Positions 35,626-48,300 of a DNA stretch of 64,000 nucleotides are shown one piece after another. Under the pieces are notes generated by a model that worked only from the letters and a program-made list of their open reading frames with translations, was not told where the DNA came from and did not search any database. How positions within the stretch are numbered: the first letter of the stretch is position 1; every line of letters starts with the position of its first letter. The translations under genes were made by a program, and so were the position numbers. This stretch comes from Scyliorhinus canicula (Eukaryota), in assembly GCF_902713615.1 (NCBI RefSeq), contig NC_052159.1:70656520-70720519 (forward strand), in the 5' to 3' direction.

Positions 35626-38008
35626 GCAATGCTCATATTAAAGGCACCACAAAGCAAACACTCAATTTCAAAGTTTTGAAACAAATTCAAATTTCATACA
35701 AAATAACCTAATTATCGTTACAAAATTAATCTTCCTTATGCATTTCCTTTGTGTCTTGTCCTCCATTTGCCTGTTTCACAGCTGCAGAAAGGCTGCTGAT
35801 ATTCAGTGGGGGAGACTGCGAAGGCCATGCAGGATGTCCCCTCTCCAACTCTGGCTCGGGGAGACTTGACTTTGGACTGCTATATCTCAGCATGGGCAGC
35901 TGCAGTCTGGGTTAGCTGTCTGACAGGCAGCAACACGAACATTTCTGGGGCAGCAGTGGTAGAAGGATCAGTGCGGTCATCTTGAGAGAGGACAACAGGT
36001 TCATGCTGCATGAGCCATTGTCACTGCCTCGGAACAGTTCACAGCAATCTTAGTAATCTGCCAAAGGACAATTTGTTGCGGGGCTGTGAGAGCCTGGAAA
36101 CTCCTTTAGGCACTCTATCTGCAGCATGAGAGTAGCAGTCTAAACCTGCATGGAATTAAACTGAGCTTACATGACTTTTGTCTGAATTTCCACTCATTCA
36201 GACCTGTGTGACCTTTGGTGTGCTGCCATGGAAGCTGAGGCACTGGCCCTCTAATGTTGCACCGTAGCTGGCTCTGCTTTTACACTGGAAGGGGTGGACT
36301 CCAAACTTTGTACAAAGTCATGCCCTTCATGTTCCATGACAGTAACTGAACACTCTGGGAGCTTGGTGAATGACCGAACCAATAGTCCATCTTCTTAACC
36401 AATGAAATTGAAAGCAACAGAGTTAATGCTGGAGAAGGAAATAGGGTGAAAAGGGAAAAAAGAAACAGAAAGGAAAGGGAAAAAAAGGAAAATTGGAACA
36501 TGTTAAAAATATCTAAGAACAATTTACTACCTGCAGTAGTATGACTCTGCAATTCTAATTGTTTCCTTTTGGGTCGCTAAGATTGAGTGACATTCAAGTA
36601 GCATGCATCTCGTCATTAAAAGTATCCTTGCACCACAAAATATCAGTCCTAACTTTCTGCAGTGAATTTAATTGACTTTTACAGCAGTAATGCAATGATT
36701 TCTTGATGCGTATAGGAAGATTGACAGTAAGTTCTGGTTTTCACAAGGCTAACAGTGGAGCATGCAAATTATTCAGCAGTTTGTGGTGATTTGCATCTTA
36801 TGATCTACCTCTTTCTTGTCACTGATTGCTGAATTATTTGCACACTAATGCAAAATTGCCCCTTTAACTCACTGTTATTTTGTCAACAAGTTCTGGCCCT
36901 TAAAGGTCTATTAGCATGTACCACAGCTTTCACTTTTCCAGAGAAAAGACCCTGTTCAGTCATTCCTCTAGTTCCTGATAATCACTTAGCTCGAGTAACC
37001 TTTTTATGCTCTTATAAATACCTTGGAAGGAAAATATATAATTGCATCTTTGTGCAAACCAGTAAAGTTCATATTTTTCTTTTTCAAAATGCTAATTTGA
37101 TTTGGAGCTGGATTAATTTCAAACTGAGCGCCTGCATGGGGTTTGTATAAATGAGACCATCAACACTAATTGGACTCTGGTATTTAGCAAATAGTAATTT
37201 TAAAACTGACCATTATAATTGAACAATGAACAGTATCGGTAAAGGTTCATGATGGAAATCCTCAATCTGAATGTACAATATTCATATGAACTGTGAAAGG
37301 ACAGATAGTAAAATGAAAAGACTAAATCTCATGTCATACATAAGTCAGGACTAGAAATACTAAAAATGTATTTTATTCGGTTAGAAAATTTGGAAGAACA
37401 CATTCCTTGAGAATGTTTAATTTATATTGTAAGTACTGTCCTGTCACAAGTTGCACCTGTCCAATGATTCTCCTGGGCTTCAAGGGCCAAATAAGCACTC
37501 ACAACACACCCATAACAGTAAAATTGTCTGTTTCGGCATTTTTATTTCTTACAGATTGGCGAGTAACAGTATAAATGCCAAGCTAATGAGGGAGATCAAT
37601 CTGCTAATACTCTGGTTGCAATTTTAGAAATAGGTAAACTGTACATTGAGGTGGGAGGAATGCTGCCTGGAAATGTATCATGTTTGACACATCGTTTGGC
37701 TCCGTTCTGAGGGATTTGCAGTGGAATGTATTATATGCTTTGGTGCCAACAACAGAAGTTGATCGACTGCAAAATGCATTAAATCTGCACTGTTTACTGA
37801 CCAGAAGGAAAACTGAGAGCAGAGACATGACCTGTTCCTCAGATTTCTAGAGGCTGTAGAGCTGGTTCTCGAGTAGTGTGTTCAGCTCCCATATCAGAGA
37901 CTTGAGCGCAAAATCCAGGTGAAGTACATGAGGATGTACAATGTCAAAGGTGTATCCTTTTATTTTTAATAATAATAATTTCTTATTGTCACAAGTAGGC
38001 TTCAATGA

Positions 38009-41000
38009 GTAGAAGTAGAAATTCAAGAATAGTCAGAATGAATACGTGGCTTGAGAGATGGTGCAGGAGGGAGCGGTTCAGATTTTTGGGACATTGGAAC
38101 CGGTTCTGGGGGCGGTGGGACCATTACAAATTTAGGAGTCTGGTAACAGCAGGGAAGAAGCTGTTTTTGAATCTGTTCCTTCGTGTTCGCAGACTTTATG
38201 TATCTCCTGCCCGATGGAAGAAGTTGGAAGAGTGAGTAAACGGGTGGGAGGGGTCTTTGATTATGCTGCCCGCTTTCCCCAGGCAGTGGGAGGTGTAGCT
38301 GGAGTCAATGGATGGGAGGCAGGTTCATGTGGTAGACTGGACTGTGTTCACGACTCTCTGAAGTTTCTTGCAGTCTTGGGCCGAGCAGTTGCCATATCAG
38401 GCTGTGATGCAGCCAGATGGGATGCTTTCTATGGTGCATCTGTGCTGCTGAACAGGTCAACTGTGTGAGGATAAGATGCTTGTTGTGTCACTGAAAATGT
38501 CACTGTTACAATCTAACCAGTATGACATAAGGTATGGCCTACACCTGGGCAGGACTGGAACCAATGTCCTAGGGGGTGCTTTTGCTCACACTGTTGGGGA
38601 GGTTTTAAACTAATGTGGCAGGGGGATGGGAACCAGATAAGGAAGTTAGAGGTCAGTAAAGAGGCAGCAACTATAGCCAGTAAGGTACTAGATAATAAAC
38701 TCAATATGACTAAGGGGAAGAGTAGACAGGGAAGAGATGATGAACGCAATGGGACAGGTGGTTTGAGGTGCATTTGTTTTAATGTGAGAAGTGTAGCAGG
38801 TAAGGCAGATGAATTTAGGGCTTGGATTAGTACCTGGGAATATGATGCTATTGGTATTACTGAGACGTGGTTGAGGGAAGGGCAAGACTGGCAACTAAAT
38901 ATCCCAGGGTATAGATGGTTCAGGAGGGATAGAGAGGGAGATAAAAGGGGTAGAGGAGTTGCATTACTGGTCAGAGATGATATCACAGCTGTGATTAAGG
39001 AGGGCACGATGGAGGATTCGAGCACTGAGGCAATATGGGTGGAGCTAAGAAATAGGAAGGGTGCAGTAATATTGTTGGGACTTTACTACAGGCCTCCCAA
39101 AAGCGAGGGTGAAGTAGAGGTACAAATATGTAGACAGATTATAGAAAAATGTAGGAGCAAAAGGGTGGTTGTGATGGGAGATTTTAACTTCCCCAACATT
39201 GAATGGGTCAAGTATAACAAAATTCGGCAGGAGCTAGGGAATGTGGATTGGGAGCAGTTGTTTAAGGGTAAATCCACATTGGAAATGTGGGAGTCTTTTA
39301 AGGAAAGGTTGATTAGAGTGCAGGACAGACATGTCCCTGTGAAAATGAGGGATAGAAATGGCAAGATTAGGGAACCATGAATGACGGGTGGAATTGTGAG
39401 ACTAGCTAAGATGAAAAAGGAAGCATACATAAGATCGAGGCGACTTAAACTGATGCAGCTTTGGAGGAATATCGGGAAAGTAGGACAAATCTCAAACGCG
39501 CAATAAAGAGAGCTGAAAGGGGTCATGGAATATCTTTGGCTAATAGGGTTAAAGAAAATCCCAAAGCCTTTTATTCGTATATAAGGAGCAAGAGGGTAAC
39601 TAGAGAAAGGATTGGCCCACTCAAAGACAAAAGAGGGAATTTATGCGTGGAGTCAGAGGAAATGGGTGAGATTCTTAATGAGTACTTTGCATCGGTATTC
39701 ACCAAGGAGAGGGACATGACAGATGTTGAGGCTAGGGATGGATGTTTAAATACTCTAGGTCAAGTCGGCATAAGGAAGAGAGAAGTTTTGGGTATTCTAA
39801 AGGGCATTAAGGTGGACAAGCCCCAAGAATGAATGGGATCTATCCCAGGTTACTGAGGGAAGCAAGGGACAAAATAGCTGGGGCCTTAACAGATATCTTT
39901 GCAGCATCCTTGAGCACGGGTGAGGTCCCGGAGGACTGGAGAATTGCTAATGTTGTCCCTTTGTTTAAGAAGGGTAGCAGGGATAATCCAGGGAATTATA
40001 GACCTGTGAGCTTGACGTCAGTGGTAGGCAAACTGGTGGAGAAGATACTGAGGGATAGGATCTATTCACATTTGGAAGAAAATAGACTTATCAGTGATAG
40101 GCAGCATGGTTTTGTGCAGGGAAGGTCATGTCTCACAAACCTAATAGAATTCTTTGAGGAAGTGACAAAGTTAATTGATGAGGGAAGGGCTGTAGATGTC
40201 ATATACATGGACTTCAGTAAGGTGTTTGATAAATTTTCCCATGGCAGGTTGAAAAAGTGAAGTCGTATGGGGTTCAGGGTGTACTAGCTAGATGGATAAA
40301 GAACTGGCTGGGCAACAGGAGACAGACAGTAGTGGTGGAAGGAAGTGTCTCAAAATGGAGTAAGGTCACTAGTGGTGTTCCACAGGGATCCGTGCTCGGA
40401 CCACTGATGTTTGTGATATATATAAATGATCTGGACAAAGGTATCTGTGGTCTGATTAGCAAGTTTGCAGATGATACTAAGATTGGTGTAGTTGCAGATA
40501 GAAAGGAGGACTGTCAGAGAATACAGCAAAATATAGATAGATTGGAGAGTTGGGCAGAGAAATGGCAGATGGAGTTCAATCCAGGCAAATGCGAGGTGAT
40601 GGATTTTGGAAGATCTAATTCAAGAGCAGACTATATGGTCAATGGAAGAGTCCTGGGGGAAATTGATGTACAGAGAGATCTGGGAGTTCAGGTCCATTGT
40701 ACCCTGAAGGTGGCAACGCAGGTCAAGAAAGCATACAGCATGCTTGCCTTCATCGGAAGGGGTATTGAGTACATGAGTCGGCAGGTTATGTTACAGTTGT
40801 ATAGGACTTTGGTTAGGCCACATTTGGAACACTGCATGCAGTTCTGGTCGCCACATTACCAGAAGGATGTGTATGCTTTAGAGAGGGTGCAAAGGAGGTT
40901 CACCAGAGGTGGTTGCCTGGTATGGAGGGTGCTAGCTATGAAAAAAAGTTGAGTAGATTATGATTGTTTTCATTGGAAAGACGGAGGTTGAAGGGGGACC

Positions 41001-41380
41001 TGATTGAGGTCTACACAATTATGAGAGGTATGGACAGGGTGAATAGCAATAAGCTTTTTCCAAGAATGGAGGTGTCAATTACAAGGGGTCACGATTTCAA
41101 GGTGAGAGGGGGAAAGTTTAAGGGAGATGTGCGTGGAAAGATTTTTACGCAGAGGGTGGTGGGTGCCTGGAATGCGTTGCCAGTGGAGGTGGTAGAGGCG
41201 GGCACGATAGCATCATTTAAGATACATCTGGACAGATATATGAACGGGAGGGGAACAGAGGGAAGTAGATCCTTGGAAAATAGGCGACAGGTTTAGATAT
41301 AGGATCTGGATCGGCGCAGGCTGGGAGGGCCGAAGGGCCTGTCCCTGTGCTGTAATTTTCTTTGTTCTTTGTTCTTCTTT
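38009..41380 (+). mobile_element. CR1 LINE with the end of ORF1 (esterase-like) and a disrupted ORF2, inserted into a SINE
   Basis: NTWLERWCRRERFRFLGHW...GLHL; ORF2 motifs ITETW, YRPP, GDFN, GVPQGSVLGP, FADD; deletion after GDFNFPNIEW; ATGA direct repeat at 38005-38008 and 41381-41384, with the host SINE continuing across it. Confidence 0.95.
38130..38539 (-). repeat. Inverted duplicate of 31172-31582 inserted in CR1 ORF1
   Basis: Reverse-complement match over ~410 bp, including the Rex1 5' junction and ~95 bp of non-Rex flank. Confidence 0.93.
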
Positions 41381-41668
41381 ATGAAGTCACTGTGAAAAGC
41401 CCCTAGTCGCCATATTCCTGCACCTGTTTGGGGAGGCTTGTCCAAGAATTGGACCCATGCTGCTGGCATTGTTCTGCATTACAAGCCAGCTGTTTAGCTC
41501 TCTGTGCAAAACCAGCCCCTAATAATTGCTTATTGTCACAAGTAGACTTCAATGAAGTTACTATGAAAACCTCCTAGTCGCTACATTCCAGCACATGTTC
41601 GGGGAGGCCAGTATGGGAATTAAACCCGTGCTGCCAGCTGTTTAGCCTACTGTGCTAAACAAGCCCCT
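41381..41668 (-). mobile_element. Two tandem short tRNA-derived SINEs (first copy split by the CR1)
   Basis: Repeated TTATTGTCACAAGTAG...GAAAAGCCCCTAGTCGCCA...AAACCAGCCCCT units. Confidence 0.85.
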
Positions 41669-42646
41669 GGTTTATCCTCTCACCTGAACATTAAAGATCT
41701 TATGGCATTAGAATGAAAACAAGAAAGAAAGTTCTCTCCAGTGCCCTGGTCAACATTAATCTCCAACAAACTTCATTCCATGATATTATTTGGCTGTTAT
41801 CACATTGTGCTTGTGCGATTTTGCCATGTATAGGTTGGCTGCTGTATTTTCTACATTACAACAGTGACTGAACTTCAAAAGTACTTCACTGAATAGACTT
41901 ACATTTTTATTTTTCTAGCTCCTTCCATGTCCTTAGGCTGTCCCAAAGCTCTTTACAACTAATTTTAAGGTTATTTTAGACATCTCAAAATCGTAAATGG
42001 CATGTTATAAATGTAGAGCCTTCTTTCCTTTTGGAGCATTACCATCTAAATGGCACAAAAGGTTGCTACTCTAGGGCACCAGAGTGGTGTCCCTTTTCCT
42101 TCCATCACACAAAAGAGAAATACTGCAGATGCTAGAAATCTGAAATAAAAACTGAAAATGTTGGAAATGCAGTATTGTTAGGGGAGAGAAGCAGGATTAA
42201 CAGCTTGGATTTTTCTGTCAGTGGTGAAGTAACACTTGTTGATGACCTTAAAAAAAGCTGCCCATAAAATTGCACGATCTTTATGCCACAGATTTCCACT
42301 TGTTTTTATGTCAAGTGGCCTCCAGGCATGGAGCAGCATTGATATCAGCAGAAAGGATGAACAACCAATCGCATTGAAGTATTCTCACTGACAGCAAACC
42401 AGGAAGTTAAAGGTACTGAATCATTTAATTTGAACTTAAAATTTAAGATGTAAAAATGAGTGATTATGATTAAGTTAGAAATTAAATGAAGATAAACATT
42501 GAAAAAATATCAATTTTATCATAATATCAAAATGCGACATCCTACAAATATTAAATCAGCTTTTCAGGACAGTGAGGGAATTCATCAATAATCATGAACT
42601 TAGTATGGTGTTAAAAACCCAGGTGTGCCTCTTTTAGCAAGTAACA

Positions 42647-42821
42647 GGGACTGTTTAGCACACTGGGCTAAATCGCTGGCTTTGCAAGGAGACCAAGGCA
42701 GGCCAGCAGCACGGTTTGATTCCCATACCAGCCTCCCCGAACAGGCACCGGAATGTGGCGACTAGGGGCTTTTCACAGTAACTTCATTGAAGCCTACTCG
42801 TGACAATAAGTGATTTTCATT
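42647..42821 (+). mobile_element. Short tRNA-derived SINE
   Basis: GGGACTGTTTAGCACACTGGGCTAAATCG...GGTTTGATTCCC...GGAATGTGGCGACTAGGGG; TAACA direct repeat on both sides. Confidence 0.88.
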
Positions 42822-43526
42822 TAACAAAGATTTTTACAGCAAAGCAAACAGAAAATAGTGGAAGTTTTCATTACCAGAGATTTCCCATTGATTGCTCTCT
42901 GGGGAAGACGTTAACAGTGCATGCTCAGGAGATGCATAAAATCACTGACAACATTTTGATTTCTGTTGACAGTTTGGCTATCATTACCACTGTAAAATGA
43001 GGATGATATCGTTCAGGCCAATTTGATCAAACAGTCCCTTTGCCAGAACCGGCAATCGGGCATCGAATTGAAAGGTTAACTTTGTTTCTCTCTTCACAAA
43101 TACTAACTGCCCTATTTCTGCATATTCCCAGAATTTTCCTTTCATATGTCACTTTTATTTCTCTCAGTTTCAAATTCAATAAACCCACAAAACATACATG
43201 GCGATGAAAGTAGCAAAAACTGACCAGAAATTCAAAACAGCTGAAACAGCTCCAGAAGCAAATGGCTCAAGAACAGCTCTGATTATAAACCTCTTGACAT
43301 GTGAAAATTAATGATTTCATGGGCTTTTTTTCACTAAAGCTGCAGCGACATCAACCTCTTTCATTGACATTACCAAGGGGTATTGCATTTCTTGAGACTA
43401 GGGACATGCATCTAGGGATATCTTAGAATTATTAATTTTAGAAATTTTAGCTTCGGGTTAATCTTGCTCACTTTTAGCCATTTATAATTGAGATAATTTC
43501 AATCATAAAAAAAGTGACATTTGGAT

Positions 43527-43757
43527 GTTCTTTTTCTTAAAATTTAGAATACCCAATTAATTGTTTTGCAATTACGGGACAATTTTGCATGGCCAATCCA
43601 CCTAGCCTGCACATCTTTGGATTGTGGGGGCGAAACCCACACAAACACGGGGAGAATGTGCAAACTCCACACGGACAGTGTCCCAGAGCCGGGTTCAAAC
43701 ACGGGACCCCAGCGCCGTGAGGCACCATGGCAAACCCACTGCACCACCATGCTGCCC
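43527..43757 (-). mobile_element. HE1-like short SINE
   Basis: GGGCAGCATGGTGG head on minus; 12-bp TSD TGACATTTGGAT (43515-43526, 43758-43769). Confidence 0.9.
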
Positions 43758-44815
43758 TGACATTTGGATTTTCAACTAATAATTCCCGTAATATCACATG
43801 GTGAACTCAGTAAGAGGTCAATGGATCTCCTAGAGAAATTATAAAATTGCTAAACAGAAGAAAAGTAGGAGAAACTTCAGAGATTGCTCACAACATTTTA
43901 CCTTCCTCTAGAACTCCCAAATGATTGTGCAGTAGTGTGCACTTTAAGGGGCAAGTTCTCGGAGGATCATGAGACACATTCGGCAAATTGGGCAGGAGCA
44001 AATTCTGCGGCTGAGCACGGGTTTCCTTGCAGTTGGGAGTCTGGAGTCGTAGAGTATGATATTGCACTCTCTGTAGATAGTTGATTACCTTAATAAACCA
44101 TTTATTTGTGATCTGCTTGGTGGTTACCGGTCTTACAGGATACTACATATGGTGATGAGGATCAATCAGAGTGCCATCCTACTACTACAGTAATTGGCAA
44201 AGCAGACTTGTGTGGAAGCCAATTTTGAAGAAAACTCATTCAGCAGTCAAAATGCCCCATTTTGGGAAACTTAAATCTTTCAACCCTAACACAGAGCAAT
44301 GGATGCTATATATATGCCTGTAGAATTTTTTTTTGTGGCCAGTGAAATTGGGGGGGAAGAGAAGCAGTGGGTAATCCTATTAACAGCCTCCAGGACTCCA
44401 ACCTTTAACCTGATAAGGAGTCTGTCTTCTCCAAATGCCCCTAACTCAAAAGCTTTCGAGGAGCTTGTGAAATTAGTCAAACGACATTAACACCTGAAGC
44501 CCTTGGTGATAATGCAATGATACAAATTTAATTCAATGACAAAACTCCAGGGGAGATGATAGGAGTATTTGTGGCACATCTAAAACAAATTGCTGAGCAG
44601 TGCAAGTTCAGGTCTGCACTCAATGACACGTTGAGAGACAGGGAAGTGTGTGGCATTAATAACACAGCCTTACAAAATAAACTATTAGCAAATGCAGAGA
44701 TTACCTTAAAGAGGACATTAAAGATCGCCTAGGCTGTGACAAGTGCCAAAAGGGGGACAATGGAACTACAGAGCATGCAAGCAGGTGAGGTCCACAAAGT
44801 TTGATGGGAAGCTGC

Positions 44816-45368
44816 TGTTTAATAAGGCACGTGGAGTCCACAGTGCGTTGTACTAAATACATTTATTTAACAATAATACTATCTACATGAGTGTGGTGAT
44901 ATGCCTGTGCACAGTTCTGTATATAGTTTGGAAAGCAACCTCCAACCAGCTGGTGGTGATAGAGATCTATCACATGACTCAAGACACCCACCAACTTGGT
45001 AGTAAGATGTACAACAGGATAGTCGCACTTAGAGTAGCTCCAGGAGAATGCACTGAATTTATTTAGTAGCCATCGCCTGTATTATAGTTTGTTAGTTATC
45101 TTTCCACGTGTTTGTTAATAAATCATCTTTCTAGTTAAACAACTAGATGTTCTGTGTGCATCATTACAATGGTTATATCACAAAACACAACAATGGGGCT
45201 CGGTTACACCTCATCAGGTCCTCTCTCCTTTCTGCTCAGCTCCACACTGGCCAACCTTTTGTACCAGCACAGATAATCTACCCCGCCTCTAGGGGGGGAG
45301 CTTGCATTTCCAATGAGAATGGGGAAATCATCATGCCCAGCCAGTTGTGACCCGTGCAGGTTATTACA
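44816..45368 (-). mobile_element. Probable antisense solo LTR inside the Gypsy gag, itself interrupted by another solo LTR
   Basis: TG...CA ends, TTTATT (AATAAA on minus) near the left end, interrupts the gag frame; no clean TSD. Confidence 0.5.
44892..45192 (+). mobile_element. Solo LTR
   Basis: TGTGGTG...ACAACA termini, AATAAA inside, flanks ATGAG/ATGGG (TSD with one mismatch). Confidence 0.75.
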
Positions 45369-48300
45369 CACTAGTAGTCATGGCACCAGGGATGAGGGTG
45401 CAAAAAGTAATGAGCAAAGAGTTTTGGAACAAAAGAGAGTCCAGAGACTAGGAGCAGTATGGGGGAGATTACCCCAGGAGAGATGTAAATTCAGGAAAGC
45501 TACTTGCTATGCCTGCAATAGGAGGGGGCACATTAAGCGCAAAGTGCGAGACTAAGCAGAGCGTACCAGGAGCCAAAAATAAAATCCTGATTCCAGTACA
45601 CATTGTCGAGAATAACCCTGAAAAGGAATCTGAAGTATATGGATTGAACAACATTAAGGTGGGCAAGATAGACCCAATCACGATTGTGTTGATGATAAAT
45701 GGTCAACCACACAGAATGGAGGTGTGGCCGCTACAGTTGTAGGTGAACAAATGTATCATTATTTTCAAGGGGGAGGGGGCGTTCAGCCCCTGAAGTTATT
45801 TTCAAGGGGGAGGGGGAGTACAGCCCCTGAAGTTAAGAAGAACTACAGCCAGGCTAGCAACGTAAATTGGGGAAGATTTAAGGATTTTAGGAACAACAAC
45901 AAAACCTGTAAGTTACTGGCAGCAGTCAGCACAACTATCTCCAATAGTGGTGGGGAGGGGGTCAACGTCCAAGTTTGATGAGCCGAGAAAAACTTTGTCA
46001 AACTAAATTAAATTGGCTAGAAATAATCAAAATTAACAAAGGAGGTTTTCATGATGTCTTTAAAAAATACCAGGAAGTCTTCCAAGACAAGTTAGGCAAG
46101 ATACAAGGCCTAAAGGCAAAACTATAAATGGATTTTGAGGCCACACCCAAGTTTCACAGAGTCTGACCTGTACCCTATGCGGTAATCGAGAAGGTTGAGT
46201 CTGAACTCAAGCAGCTGGAAGAATTAGGTATCATCAATCCCGTACAGTTTTCAGAATGGGCGGCTCCCATCATATCAGTGGTTAAACCAGATAGAACTAT
46301 TGGGCTATGTGGGGACTATAAATTAATTGTGAATCATTGCCACAAAATTGGACCACTAACCAATACCAAGGACTCTCTTGAACGATATGACTTTCTGCCT
46401 TAGTTTTCAAAAGCATAATTGTTTAAATGCAGGATGTTTAATGTACACTAAACGTGATATGAGCCATGCATACCAGCAATTAGAATTAGACGGAGTATCT
46501 AGAGAATGTGTTACTATAAATACCCACAAGTGTGGATACTAGTATACCTGGCTACCTCGCGGAGTCTCATGGGCATGTGTAATTTTCCAGTGCACAATGG
46601 AGAGCTTACTACGGGAGCTACCTAAAGGAGTTATCTATCTAGATGATGTACTGATAACAGGAGCGTCCGAAGAAGAGCACCTCGCAAATCTCAAAGAGGG
46701 ATGGTGACGTACTTGTGGTTTAGAGTAGATGCCCAATGGCTGCATCCTATGGAGGAGAAGATAAAAACGAAACAGCCCCCAAAAATGTGTCAGAATTGAA
46801 ATCCTTTTTAGGAATTGTGACTTATTACAGAAGATTTGTCCCTAATCTTTCTACAATGTTGGCAGCCCCACACACTGCTCAAGTAGCATCAGAAGTAGTA
46901 TTGGAGAGCATCAAAAGGAAGCCTTTGCACAGGTTAAATCAGCTTTGCCAGTCTCTTAGTTCATTTTGACCCCTCCAAAGAGATCATTCTTACCTGTGAC
47001 CGTCTCCTTATCTCATAAGATGGTGCAGAAAGGCCCATCATCTATGCCTCAAGGACTCTGACCGATGCTGTAAAAACTTACTCACAAATCGAAAAAAAGG
47101 GACCAGCCGTAATCTTTGGAGTGAAGTAGTTCCAAGAACATGTTTATGGACAGCATTCCATAGTAACTACTGACTACAAACCCCTGGCTTTGACAAAGTG
47201 TCAGTGCAGACTCATTTTGCCGAATGGAATCCTATTGCTATGTTGGGATTTTATGATGATATGGTCCTCTGCGGCTGGCATTATGTTAATAGGTCCAAGC
47301 CATTAAGGCCCTTTCAGTTGAGAAAAGACAAGTGAAGTTGTGAAGATGGTGTATTATTATGGGGAACGTTTCCCACTCCCGCTAGAAAGTTATTATTACA
47401 AAAGTTTCACTGTGCCCATTCTAGAATGACAAAGATGAAGATGCTTATACACAGTTATGTGTCGTGGCCCAGGGTAATATTGATATAGAGAATCTTGTCA
47501 AGCAATGTGACCAATGTCAATTGTAGCACAAATTACTGTTTGTGGCCCTAATCCACCCTTAGGAGGGCCAGATTGACCATGGGTCTGACTACACGTCAAT
47601 TTTGTGGGACCATTCATGGGCACGATTTTCCTGTTCATGATAGATGTGCACTCCAAGTGGCTGGATGTATGTGAAATGAAGTCCACGACATTATCAGCAA
47701 CAGTAGAGAAAATGCGATAGACATTTGCCAGCCATGGGTTGCCCGAGGCGCTAGTCTGCATTCACCAGTGAAAAGTCCCAGCATTTCATGAGAACCAATG
47801 GCGGTCCACATCTTCAAACTGCTCCCTACCACCCTGCTTCGAATGGACTGGCGGAGAGAGCTGTCCAAACATGTTAAGCTGCCATGAAGAAACAGTCATT
47901 AACTTCGCTATAAACCAAACAGACCTGTTTCCTGATCGCCAACAGAACAACAGCTCATGTCACGTCAGGTGTTACACCTCACGAGTTACAAATGGACAGA
48001 CGCACCAGAACAAGGTTGGATCTGATATTTCCGAATTTGGCAGGGAAGGTGGAGGCAAATCAGAACACACTGAAGAGACATCACAACTCAACAAAAACTG
48101 AGAAGACATTTGAGGTGGTATATGTAAAGGATTTTGGTGCTGGTCCAAAGTGGACCCCTGGAACAGTCGTGGCCAGACAGGTCCAATGTCATATGAAATC
48201 AATGTCCAAGGTAAAAGGTTAAGGAAACACCTGGACCATTTGAGAAGAAGAGAATCTTGCACGGAGCCAGTGGGGCAGCCAGCTCCTGGTATCCCTGTCA

